Source: Clostridia bacterium (GTDB taxonomy: Bacteria > Bacillota > Clostridia > Christensenellales > UBA1242). Taken from it: a stretch of 58,421 nt of DNA. Position numbers and translations under genes: made by a program. Position 1 is the stretch's first letter. The number at the start of each line of letters is the position of its first letter. Of the stretch, positions 47,067-55,751 are shown in pieces. Under the pieces are notes generated by a model. It was not told the origin of the DNA. It worked only from the letters and a program-made list of their open reading frames with translations, and ran no database searches. The DNA lies in assembly GCA_045597505.1 (NCBI GenBank), contig JAZLKE010000018.1:1-58421 (forward strand). The letters are read 5' to 3'.

Positions 47067-49013
47067 ATGTCACAGGGGTTTATTTATTTGATGTTAACCG
47101 TAACTGCAACGGTTTTAGTTTTGAGTTTGGCATTATTTTTTAGGTCAAGGCGCAAAGGTAATAGTTTTTTTGTTTATTTTTTGGTACCGATTTGCTTTGC
47201 ATTGGCAGTGGTATGTTATACATATTTTGGTTTGATGGATTTATTGGCGTACCAAGAAAAGGCCAATGAAGCGCGTAAAGAATTGTTTAACTTTGTAAAT
47301 GATTACGAATATTATTTGGAATGCTATGGTAATGCTTTAGAACAATATGACGCCTTAGACGACAGTGTAAAAAATGGCTATGGTTCTGGCTGGAACTTAG
47401 AACCAACTTTGAATGCAAAACGTTTAACACATCCAACGTATGCGCGTGATACCTTTATCAGTTACTTTCAAAGAGCATACATTAATTATTCGGGGTATTC
47501 GAGTGGTGGGTCTCCGTATGAATTTAATTATCGTGATGCACCCCACAGCGCGTTTAATAGAATTTATATTTACGTTTATTCTTTTAGTAAATCTAGTGGT
47601 TATTATGGTGGTGAAAATAAACCCGCTGACTTTGAAACAACTACTGAATACGATAATTGTACGACGAATTTAGAAATTTTGAAGAAACACCTTGCGTTAG
47701 ACGACCTTAACGCCTTGTTTGGTAGAAGTAATAATATTGGTGAATATTACGGAACATTCGGTAGTGTAGTGGAATGCATAATTGCATTCGTTTATGCGGG
47801 TGGTATTTGCTTGTTTGATTGGATTGTGATGATTTATGTCGGCGTAAGAAAAAATAAAAATGAACCCGAACAAGCGACCACAAACTCAGTTCAGGAAATT
47901 GCTGTACAACCAACACCGGTACAGGCGGTAACAGTTGATGTTGAACCTGAACCAGTTGTTGAGCCGGAACCTGTGGATTATTTTGCCGTTTGGCAAGATA
48001 AAATGAGTGACGAAGAAAAGCAACCATATATTACTGCAGCAATTAAATTTTGGTATCAATCTTGGCTGAAAGAACCGAACATGCCGCGTCAAGAGCGAAT
48101 TTTGAAACAATATGCGTTGAGCAACAATGAGTTTTATTTAACCGATTTGACCGAAGAGGAAAAACAAGTTGTTTTGAAGCAAGCTTGTTTGGATTTTGTT
48201 AAAGAGAAAGAAAACCCGAACAGCACGACTATGAATACAACGCAAGAGCATGTTACCGAGAGCCAAAATTCACAGACGTCGGAAAGCAACGACCAAGCCC
48301 CCAAAGCACGCAAGCGTGGTAAATATTTTTATATTGATTTGCGCGGAGCGAATGACTACATGCCGGAACGTTTTTGGCAATGTAAATTGTGTGATGAGTT
48401 TTTAAGGTTACCCCAAAAATTACAATCCAAATACATGAAAAAGGTTGTGAAAAACATGGTAGACGACTTGAAAGATAAACCGGATGTTTCAATCGCGTAT
48501 CTAGATAAGATTATGTCGAGTGGTTATTCTGTTGCGCAATTAAATGATGAAGACAAGAGAAAAGCCATCGTTGAAGTTAATATGTTAACATATAAACGTC
48601 ATGTCAGAGATATTGAATATAACAAATCGCCACGCCATCGTGTTGAAGTTATCGAAAAATTGTTGTGGTGGTTGGGATTGGCTTGTCTTTTAATCCTCCC
48701 GGTTGGCATTGTGTTGAAAATTGAAAGTATCGGGTATGCGGCAGGTGCCGCACCTGTTTTCGCGATACTTGCATTTACCGTAAACGGCTTTAAGTTCAAA
48801 TGGTGTAAAAAATGTGGACATAAAATGTTGTTGACTAGGACAGATTCGGCTAATGAAAGGCTTGGCTTTAATCGTGAAATGTTGGCGGACGCAACATCTT
48901 ATGCGGATGTAGCGAATTCAGTGCAAACCATTCACGACGAAACAGCACACTTTGTCTGTACGCGCTGTGGTTATCGCAGTGAAGTAACTTTTAAGGGTGT
49001 TAAAAAATATTAG
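47067..49013 (+). CDS. Large multi-TM protein with a Pro/Glu linker, internal repeat and C-terminal zinc ribbon
   Basis: Preceded by AAAGGAG. Has hydrophobic helices at the N-terminus, the middle and near the C-terminus, plus CKKCG...CTRCG. Confidence 0.5.
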   Translation: MSQGFIYLMLTVTATVLVLSLALFFRSRRKGNSFFVYFLVPICFALAVVCYTYFGLMDLLAYQEKANEARKELFNFVNDYEYYLECYGNALEQYDALDDSVKNGYGSGWNLEPTLNAKRLTHPTYARDTFISYFQRAYINYSGYSSGGSPYEFNYRDAPHSAFNRIYIYVYSFSKSSGYYGGENKPADFETTTEYDNCTTNLEILKKHLALDDLNALFGRSNNIGEYYGTFGSVVECIIAFVYAGGICLFDWIVMIYVGVRKNKNEPEQATTNSVQEIAVQPTPVQAVTVDVEPEPVVEPEPVDYFAVWQDKMSDEEKQPYITAAIKFWYQSWLKEPNMPRQERILKQYALSNNEFYLTDLTEEEKQVVLKQACLDFVKEKENPNSTTMNTTQEHVTESQNSQTSESNDQAPKARKRGKYFYIDLRGANDYMPERFWQCKLCDEFLRLPQKLQSKYMKKVVKNMVDDLKDKPDVSIAYLDKIMSSGYSVAQLNDEDKRKAIVEVNMLTYKRHVRDIEYNKSPRHRVEVIEKLLWWLGLACLLILPVGIVLKIESIGYAAGAAPVFAILAFTVNGFKFKWCKKCGHKMLLTRTDSANERLGFNREMLADATSYADVANSVQTIHDETAHFVCTRCGYRSEVTFKGVKKY

Positions 49014-51178
49014 TCCGGAATTATTTCGCGCTTGGCGCGGTTTTCCGCGGCGATTTCGTTCAAAATTTGTGCGAAGGCTTCAATCCCAATTTCTTCAATG
49101 TGACCACTTTGGTTGGCACCTAAAACTTCGCCCGAACCACGAATTTCCAAATCACGCATGGCAATGTTAAACCCAGCGCCGGTGGAATAGAAATTTTTAA
49201 TCGCGTTGATGCGTTCCATGGCTTCGTCCGCCACATAATCTGCATGCGGGTAAGTTAAGTACGCATAGGCTTGGGTAGTGCTGCGACCGACACGACCGCG
49301 TAATTGGTGCATTTGGGCTAAACCTAATTTATCCGCGCCAATCACAAACAAAGTATTTGCGGTGGTCAAATCAATGCCATTTTCCAAAATTGTCGAAGCC
49401 ACAATGATATCAATTTCATGTTCGTAAACCGCAGTAATTGTGCGTTCAATTTGGGTGGTCGGCATTTGACCATGCACATAGCCAACTTTGTTTGGATAGC
49501 GGACCGCAATTTTGGCGGCAAATTCTGCCATGTCGCGTACCGTATTATATATAATGATGACTTGTCCGCCACGTTCAAGTTCGTTGTCAATGGCTTCCCA
49601 TAATAATTCCCAACTAAATTCACCCACTTTGGTTATGACGGGTAAACGGTCTTTGGGCGGAGTTGTAATGACCGAAATGTCGCGCAGTCCCATTAACGAC
49701 AAATTTAAGGTGCGCGGAATTGGTGTGGCTGACAAAGTAAGCACATCAATATTGGGTGTCAGTTTTTTGATTTTTTCTTTGGCTTCCACGCCGAAGCGTT
49801 GCTCCTCGTCCAAAATTAACAAACCCAAATGATGAAAGTTTTCTTTGGTTAAAGATAACAATTTGTGCGTGCCAATGATGATGTCAATTTTGCCGTCGCG
49901 TAAATCTTGCAGCGTTTGGGCTTGCTGTTTGGCGGTCACAAAGCGGTTAAAAACTGCAACACGAATGCCAAATTGTTCAAAACGGGTTTTGGCGTTTTTG
50001 TAATGTTGTACTGATAAAATTGTGGTCGGACAAAGCAGTACCACTTGATAACCATTCATGACCGCGGCAAATGCCGTGCGGAAAGCGACTTCGGTTTTAC
50101 CGTAACCTACATCGCCACAAACCAATCTGTCCATTAACTTGGGACTGGTTAAGTCCGCGTAAATGTCGTTCAAAACTTTGGTTTGGTCTTTGGTTAATTG
50201 GTGGTGAAAACTGTCCGCGAAAGCCTTGTTGTTGTCTTCAAAGATTTCGTATGGTGGACGCTTAATGGCCGCGCGTTGACGGTATAAATCGCTTAATTTG
50301 AACGAGAGTTCTTGTAATCGTCGCCGAACCCGTTGCTTCGCATTGGCGAAGTCTTGCCCTCCAATTTTGTGTAAACGGGTTGGTTCGCCCACATAGTTGG
50401 ACAGCATGTCTACTTTATCTTTGGCAAGATAGACCATTGTGCCACCGTCATATTGCAAAGCAAAATATTCGGCAATGTGACCATCACCCAACAAGTCCAA
50501 CTGTTTCATGCCCATGAAACGACCAATTCCGTGTAAAGAGTGTACGACACATTCGCCAACCAATGGCATGATAAATTCTTTTTTAGTTTTGGTTAAAAGT
50601 GTGCTGACGTCCGCGGTTTTACCCGGGTTAGCATCCGTCAAACTGTAAATTAACAAATCATCAATTTGGCAAGACAACGGAAAAGTTGACGGGATAATGT
50701 TGATATAACCTGGGAACGCCACACCTTTGGTAATGACAAAATCAATTTTTTTACTGCGTAAATAATTTTCTGCGGTTTTGGTGTTACCCACAAATAACAA
50801 AACAGTTTGATTTTTTACTGTGGCTAATTCGTCCGCAAGCAATGAAATCGCGCTGTTATAGTTGGGCAAAATGGCGGTCGGTGCGGTAACTTTGCTCCAA
50901 TCGCGATCTGGACAAACTTTTTTCAAAATGTCTAACGCCAAAGAAAAACTTAAATCCGTTCCCAAATTGACCAAGGGTAATTTTTTAACAAACGCGCGAG
51001 TGTTGGCATCAATCAGACGTAAATCTTCAATCGTGTCGCCGTCAAACATGATACGCACAATTTGAGTTTGGTCGGCTAAGGTTACATCAATAATGTCGCC
51101 ATGTGTAGTAACTTCCAAATCTTTGATGGCGGCTTTGACCGCGTCCATGGAAATATTTTGTCCAACGGTTAAAGTCAT
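49010..51178 (-). CDS. mfd: Transcription-repair coupling factor (compact form)
   Basis: Has the CarD/RID motif GECVVHSLHGIGRF, SF2 motifs GDVGYGKTEVA, DEEQRFG and QLRGRVGRS, and lies in the pth-mfd context. Only 722 aa. Confidence 0.85.
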   Translation of the reverse strand: MTLTVGQNISMDAVKAAIKDLEVTTHGDIIDVTLADQTQIVRIMFDGDTIEDLRLIDANTRAFVKKLPLVNLGTDLSFSLALDILKKVCPDRDWSKVTAPTAILPNYNSAISLLADELATVKNQTVLLFVGNTKTAENYLRSKKIDFVITKGVAFPGYINIIPSTFPLSCQIDDLLIYSLTDANPGKTADVSTLLTKTKKEFIMPLVGECVVHSLHGIGRFMGMKQLDLLGDGHIAEYFALQYDGGTMVYLAKDKVDMLSNYVGEPTRLHKIGGQDFANAKQRVRRRLQELSFKLSDLYRQRAAIKRPPYEIFEDNNKAFADSFHHQLTKDQTKVLNDIYADLTSPKLMDRLVCGDVGYGKTEVAFRTAFAAVMNGYQVVLLCPTTILSVQHYKNAKTRFEQFGIRVAVFNRFVTAKQQAQTLQDLRDGKIDIIIGTHKLLSLTKENFHHLGLLILDEEQRFGVEAKEKIKKLTPNIDVLTLSATPIPRTLNLSLMGLRDISVITTPPKDRLPVITKVGEFSWELLWEAIDNELERGGQVIIIYNTVRDMAEFAAKIAVRYPNKVGYVHGQMPTTQIERTITAVYEHEIDIIVASTILENGIDLTTANTLFVIGADKLGLAQMHQLRGRVGRSTTQAYAYLTYPHADYVADEAMERINAIKNFYSTGAGFNIAMRDLEIRGSGEVLGANQSGHIEEIGIEAFAQILNEIAAENRAKREIIPD

Positions 51179-51708
51179 TTCACACCTGCGATGACGTCGT
51201 GTGCAATAGCAACCGCTTGGTCAATGGCGGTGTCAATAGTGGGGCGCACTGCGTCGGGAATTTTGGATAAAACATAGTTGGCGGTGTTGCCTTTGATGTC
51301 GGTCTGTGGTTTGGCGCCAATTTTAATTTTGACATAAGTTGTACTTTGCAAAAGTTCGCTGACCGATTTCAGCCCGTTATGTCCGCCCGCGCTACCGCTT
51401 TTTTTCAAACGTACCGTGCCGATGTCCAAATAAATGTCGTCCACAAAGACAATTACTTGTTCGGCGGGAATTTTGTATTTACGTGCTACCGCGACCACGG
51501 CTTGTCCAGATAAGTTCATGTAAGTCAAAGGTTTCAAGATAATAATCTTATTGCCATTTTCGTGGGTCATTGCCAACATCTGGTTGCCTTTCTTGGTAAA
51601 AGGTTGGGGGTCAGCAAAACGTTCGGCAGCCTTGAAACCCAAGTTGTGCCAAGTTTCAAAATACTTACCTTCGGGGTTGCCTAAACCAACGACCAAAAAA
51701 GTTTTCAT
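51175..51708 (-). CDS. pth: Peptidyl-tRNA hydrolase
   Basis: Has the VGLGNPEGKY...TWHNLGF and GGHNGLKS motifs. The start is trimmed to MKTFLVVGLGNP. Confidence 0.9.
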   Translation of the reverse strand: MKTFLVVGLGNPEGKYFETWHNLGFKAAERFADPQPFTKKGNQMLAMTHENGNKIIILKPLTYMNLSGQAVVAVARKYKIPAEQVIVFVDDIYLDIGTVRLKKSGSAGGHNGLKSVSELLQSTTYVKIKIGAKPQTDIKGNTANYVLSKIPDAVRPTIDTAIDQAVAIAHDVIAGVK

Positions 51709-51831
51709 GATAAAAAATAAATTACCACGCCAAGCGATTTTTTTCAAGTAATTTGGGCGGGTGGAGTAAAATTGGTCAAAAATTTTGTGTTGGGGTCTTG
51801 AAATTGTAAACAACCTTAATATATATTAGAA

Positions 51832-52881
51832 ATGAAAATGTGGAAGAAAAAGTATCTTGTTAAAATTAAAGCGCCATACCGTTTTAATCCAGTAGGAAAT
51901 CGTGACGGTCAACCTTCTAAACTGCACAATCTATATATAGACAGTCATGATTTCACAATCAATCCAGTTTTAATGCAACAAATTGGTTTTGAAAATTGTT
52001 CTGAAACCACACCCGAAGGCAAAGCGTTATGGCTTTATATGCGCTTGTGTCAATTATTAAAGTTCGACGAAAAGACTTTCTTTAACGAAGAAGAGCACAA
52101 CCCAAATGTAGACTTGGAAGACAGTTTCAAAATCGTGGATAAAGTAACCGCGGAAACTCCGGTTAGTTGTTTCAACTTTACCCGTATCGCTACCAAACTG
52201 TTAAACCAAATCACTGGTGTTAAAGCCGTTATGATTATGGTGGGTAATATTAAAGGTCATCTGCGTTTTGGCTTTTATACTGACAACATTACAGTGGACT
52301 GTGAAGCGACCACGACCATTAATCATATGAACGATATGGCGCGGGTGAAATTAGGCCTTATGCCACAGGGGCTACTCTTCTTACATGGCAAATGTCACGA
52401 AGCCGACCTGATGCAAAAAGTCATCGGTCCTATGTTGGCTCCACAACGCGAATTACAACAATATTTGACTAAGTTGCGTCAAATACCAACAAACGCGCAA
52501 ATGTCGTATTTACCAACTACGATTAAATATTTCAAACAATACGGAGTAGACGGCAATTCCGCGGTACAGGCTTTATTAGATAATAACCGCAACCATGTTG
52601 AAATAGCTTATCAATTATTGCGTGTCGGTATGGTACAAAACAACAAAGTTGACCCGCAATTGTTAGTTCGTTCTTGCCAAGATATTCGTCGCATTGATTT
52701 GAACCAAATGCAAATTTACCCGTTACCTGCGGACGAACTCATGCTGAATTTGCAAAGTGGTAAAATGGTTTTTGTTGATGAAACCAACGCGGATTCGCAA
52801 GAGGAATTGGCATACAAGCGCCATTTATGTGAAAGTTTTGTGTACGGACTTAAAGCACCAACGCAAGAGTTGGAACGCTAA
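51832..52881 (+). CDS. Hypothetical protein (349 aa)
   Basis: Long ORF; no motif recognised. Confidence 0.45.
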   Translation: MKMWKKKYLVKIKAPYRFNPVGNRDGQPSKLHNLYIDSHDFTINPVLMQQIGFENCSETTPEGKALWLYMRLCQLLKFDEKTFFNEEEHNPNVDLEDSFKIVDKVTAETPVSCFNFTRIATKLLNQITGVKAVMIMVGNIKGHLRFGFYTDNITVDCEATTTINHMNDMARVKLGLMPQGLLFLHGKCHEADLMQKVIGPMLAPQRELQQYLTKLRQIPTNAQMSYLPTTIKYFKQYGVDGNSAVQALLDNNRNHVEIAYQLLRVGMVQNNKVDPQLLVRSCQDIRRIDLNQMQIYPLPADELMLNLQSGKMVFVDETNADSQEELAYKRHLCESFVYGLKAPTQELER

Positions 52882-52899
52882 ATAAAACACACGGAACCG

Positions 52900-53037
52900 T
52901 TGACAAAGCGGCGGGGGGTATGTTATCTTAATGCTAAGAATTTAATAGCCGAAGAAAGCAAGTGGCGCACGCGTAAATCTTGCCGAGGTGAATTATCAAA
53001 CCGTAATCTGCTATTATGTTCCTTAAAAGGAGGTTTA
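52900..53037 (+). promoter_or_regulatory. rplJ promoter plus 5' leader (candidate L10 autoregulatory leader)
   Basis: TTGACA at 52900, a TGtTATCTT-like extended -10, then about 100 nt of GC-rich structured leader (GCAAG...CTTGC helix) before the AAAGGAGG SD. Confidence 0.35.
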
Positions 53038-53568
53038 ATGGCAGTTAAAGCAAAACAAAGTAATTCCAATTTCCAAAGCAAAATTGCAACGGTTAAGGAA
53101 ATTGAAGGTAAACTGAAAAATGCGAAGAGTGTCGTGTTCGTGAACTATCAAGGTTTGAACACCCAAGAAGATGCGGACTTGCGCCGTAAATTCCGTGACG
53201 CTGATGTGCAATATCATGTTTACAAAAATAACTTAGTGCGCATCGCTTTGAACAATTTAGGAATTACGGAATTGGACGACAAATTGAATGGTACTTTGTC
53301 AATCGCTTTCTCAAATGGCGATGAAGTCAGTGCCGCCAAAATTATCAAAGAAGAAAAATTCAAAGATAAAATGGCGTTCCAATTCGGTTTGATTGGCAAC
53401 CAAGTCTTGTCGAAAGACGAAGTTGTTCGTTTGGCAACAATGCCGAACAAGGAAACTTTGATCGCTCAATTGATGGGCTTGATCAACAGTGGTGCACGTG
53501 GAATTGCTACCGTTATCAATGCGGTGCCGCGTAACTTGGCAATGGTAATTAACGCTGCAAATAAATAA
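53038..53568 (+). CDS. rplJ: 50S ribosomal protein L10
   Basis: Typical L10 sequence, strong SD, upstream of rplL. The track's N-terminal extension is rejected. Confidence 0.9.
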   Translation: MAVKAKQSNSNFQSKIATVKEIEGKLKNAKSVVFVNYQGLNTQEDADLRRKFRDADVQYHVYKNNLVRIALNNLGITELDDKLNGTLSIAFSNGDEVSAAKIIKEEKFKDKMAFQFGLIGNQVLSKDEVVRLATMPNKETLIAQLMGLINSGARGIATVINAVPRNLAMVINAANK

Positions 53569-53642
53569 GCGTTACCAACCAGTTCAAATGCAAAAAACAA
53601 AAATCAAAAAAAATAAAAAATTAAAAGGAAAATTAAAAAATT

Positions 53643-54020
53643 ATGAATACTCAAGAATTAGTAGAAGAAATCGCAAAATTAACATTAACTGAAGCTGCCG
53701 ACTTGGTTAAAGCTTTGGAAGAAAAATTCGGCGTTAGCGCAGCCGCAATGAGCGTTGCTGCTGCTCCTGTCGCTGGTGCTGCTGCCGCTGCTGATGCTCC
53801 GGCTGCTAAGACCGACTATGAAATCTTCTTGAAAGACGCTGGTGCGAACAAAATCAACGTTATCAAGGTTGTTAAAGAAATCACTGGTTTGGGCTTGGGC
53901 GATGCTAAAGCAATCGTTGATGGCGCTCCAAAAACCATCAAGGACAAAGTTCCAGCTGAAGATGCTAAGAAATTCGAAGCTCAATTGAAAGAAGCTGGCG
54001 CTACCGTTGAATTGAAATAA
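53643..54020 (+). CDS. rplL: 50S ribosomal protein L7/L12
   Basis: Has an Ala-rich hinge and the C-terminal domain [28 protein letters not shown]. Confidence 0.95.
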   Translation: MNTQELVEEIAKLTLTEAADLVKALEEKFGVSAAAMSVAAAPVAGAAAAADAPAAKTDYEIFLKDAGANKINVIKVVKEITGLGLGDAKAIVDGAPKTIKDKVPAEDAKKFEAQLKEAGATVELK

Positions 54021-54044
54021 TTTCAACTACGCTTGAAACAAAAA

Positions 54045-54070
54045 AGACTGCCTGCGGGCGGTCTTTTTTT
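54045..54070 (+). terminator. Rho-independent terminator after rplL
   Basis: AGACTGCC-TGCG-GGCGGTCT followed by a T-run. Confidence 0.65.
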
Positions 54071-54186
54071 TATGTCATTTTTATTAATACAGTATTATAA
54101 CATCATATCAACAAATTACCTAATTTTTCTTGTAAACGTTGGCGGGCTATGTTAAAATGTAATGATAACAAAAGGAGGTTTATCAA

Positions 54187-54489
54187 ATGAAAAAATCAAC
54201 ACAGGTTTTGGAAAAAGTTTTCGACATTTTGGGCGAAATCATGGCAATCTTGACAATCCTACTTTATGCCGTATTGTACATTAACGCTAATTGGAGTTTT
54301 ATTCCAGAAAATGTCTTGAATGTATTAAATGTGATTAAGGAATACGCGGCTTTGGCGGTCGTTGCCGTTGTTGGTTTTGAAGCTATGGTTAAACGCGGAT
54401 TTATTTTCAAATTCTTGTTTTTAATCGTTTTAGGCTTCATCGTTGTAATGCAATTCTTCCCAGGAACAATCGAAAGCATTATTCACTAA
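54187..54489 (+). CDS. Small three-TM membrane protein
   Basis: Preceded by AAAGGAGG, hydrophobic throughout, and followed by a terminator. Confidence 0.5.
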   Translation: MKKSTQVLEKVFDILGEIMAILTILLYAVLYINANWSFIPENVLNVLNVIKEYAALAVVAVVGFEAMVKRGFIFKFLFLIVLGFIVVMQFFPGTIESIIH

Positions 54490-54505
54490 GACAAGAAAGT
54501 TTTAC

Positions 54506-54530
54506 AGCCCGCTTCGTGCGGGCTTTTTGT
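54506..54530 (+). terminator. Rho-independent terminator
   Basis: AGCCCGC-TTCGT-GCGGGCT followed by a T-run. Confidence 0.65.
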
Positions 54531-54545
54531 TGTTTGCAATAATTC

Positions 54546-54574
54546 TTTACAAAAGATAATAACTGTTGTATAAT
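54546..54574 (+). promoter_or_regulatory. Promoter of tRNA-Gln(TTG)
   Basis: TTTACA, a 17-nt spacer, then TATAAT, ending 15 nt before the tRNA 5' end. Confidence 0.5.
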
Positions 54575-54589
54575 CATAAATATTGCCAT

Positions 54590-54664
54590 AGGGGTGTCGC
54601 CAAGTGGTAAGGCAAGAGACTTTGACTCTCTCATTCGTAGGTTCGAATCCTGCTACCCCTTCCA
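54590..54664 (+). tRNA. tRNA-Gln (anticodon TTG), CCA encoded
   Basis: Hand-folded cloverleaf: acceptor AGGGGTG/TACCCCT, anticodon stem AGAGA/TCTCT, loop CTTTGAC, T-arm GTAGG-TTCGAAT-CCTGC. Confidence 0.9.
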
Positions 54665-54883
54665 AGCAATTCTGCATGCACAATAACCCTGTATTCGCCA
54701 GAGTTTTTAATGGTGAGTTGGCTATTGAACCAATTACGGACGATAATCGCCCACGGACGCAGAAAGAACTGCTGTGGCGATTATTTGTCGTCAAGTCGGT
54801 TATTCCTAAGTCCGAACTGATTAACATTAAGTTTATTAAAAAGTCGTGTAAGGTGTATCAAGATTTGAACCTACGAATGCGAG
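54662..54883 (+). repeat. Direct repeat, copy A (about 220 bp)
   Basis: Aligns with 57087-57305. By hand count, the first ~167 nt differ at 23 positions. It starts at the CCA of tRNA-Gln. Confidence 0.8.
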
Positions 54884-54906
54884 GGGCAGAACCAAACAAT
54901 GATTAA
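54676..54906 (+). CDS. Small ORF A (76 aa from the first ATG), paralog of ORF B; may be an N-terminally truncated copy
   Basis: Shares about 51 codons with ORF B. 12 of the 19 differing codons are synonymous in this frame. Confidence 0.4.
   Translation: MHNNPVFARVFNGELAIEPITDDNRPRTQKELLWRLFVVKSVIPKSELINIKFIKKSCKVYQDLNLRMRGAEPNND
54847..54883 (-). pseudogene. Decayed tRNA-Gln(TTG)-type 3' half (variable loop to ACA)
   Basis: The reverse complement CTCGCATTCGTAGGTTCAAATCTTGATACACCTTACA matches the last 37 nt of the tRNA at 54590-54664 at 31 of 37 positions (hand alignment). Confidence 0.55.
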
Positions 54907-54983
54907 TCTCGTGTAAAAATACATTTTTATAATCAGTTAATAGATTGAGTTTAATGTTTACAATTTAATTCTTTGTTAGCAAA

Positions 54984-55751
54984 TTAGTTTTCTTCTATAT
55001 CCAAGATTTGTAGGTCAATTAAAATTTCAATGAATTGACTAATACAATTGAATAGTCTTGTTTTGCTGTATTTTTTGGTTTGAAACTGAAATAATTTAAT
55101 ACCTATTGATTCTGTACTAATGAACACATCTTCATTCTCATCAATAAGCAAATTAGTTTTTAAGAAATTTAAGAACTCCTTCGCAGAGTGAATCAAATGT
55201 GATTCGGTTGCAACCTTAATGTTGTAATTTTTACTATCAAGTAGGTTTTTAGTATCTTTACCTAGCATTTGTTCATTATTATAGGAATTTGATTCAAACA
55301 GGCTTATAACATAGGATTCAATGCTTGGATAACTCAATAGCAATAAACCATTTTGCTCATCAGATGTTGTTTGGGACTGTTTTAATTTTTCAAGTAATTT
55401 TGATACTTCTGATTGCCTATTGTTAATGGGGTCTCTATCGAATAGAATATACACTGGGTTATTTATTAAATCTAAATCTAACTTAACTGCAATTTCACTG
55501 TGCATTTTGTCATAAAAATCATCTATGTTTTTGACATCTATTAAATTGCTTGTTGGAGCACTTACGACCTTGATAATTGAATTCTTATCATAACCATGTA
55601 ATTCACGAACAACTCCCTGATGTCGTGTTTGCTCTTTAATAGTATATCCTAGAATCTTATGGAAGATAGTCTCAACTATTTCTAATTCAGGGTGGTCGCC
55701 TTCTATAACAATTATAATTTCTCCGATGCGTTTTTCTTTTTTCAGTTTCAT
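54984..55751 (-). CDS. RloB/TOPRIM-like protein (AbiLii / AriB-like candidate nuclease)
   Basis: Has N-terminal IIIVIEGDHPE (TOPRIM-type Glu), the ILFDRD acidic motif, and LSYPSIESY resembling the RloB SNPxFE motif. 4-nt overlap with the upstream ATPase gene. Confidence 0.5.
   Translation of the reverse strand: MKLKKEKRIGEIIIVIEGDHPELEIVETIFHKILGYTIKEQTRHQGVVRELHGYDKNSIIKVVSAPTSNLIDVKNIDDFYDKMHSEIAVKLDLDLINNPVYILFDRDPINNRQSEVSKLLEKLKQSQTTSDEQNGLLLLSYPSIESYVISLFESNSYNNEQMLGKDTKNLLDSKNYNIKVATESHLIHSAKEFLNFLKTNLLIDENEDVFISTESIGIKLFQFQTKKYSKTRLFNCISQFIEILIDLQILDIEEN

Noticed and set aside
54486-54827. Minus-strand ORFs running through the repeats (54486-54827 and 57064-57252), which also cross the intact tRNA-Gln
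   Set aside because: Between the two copies, the nucleotide changes are mostly synonymous in the plus-strand frame, while the minus-frame translations differ repeatedly across the same block. One of the ORFs overlaps a functional tRNA gene.
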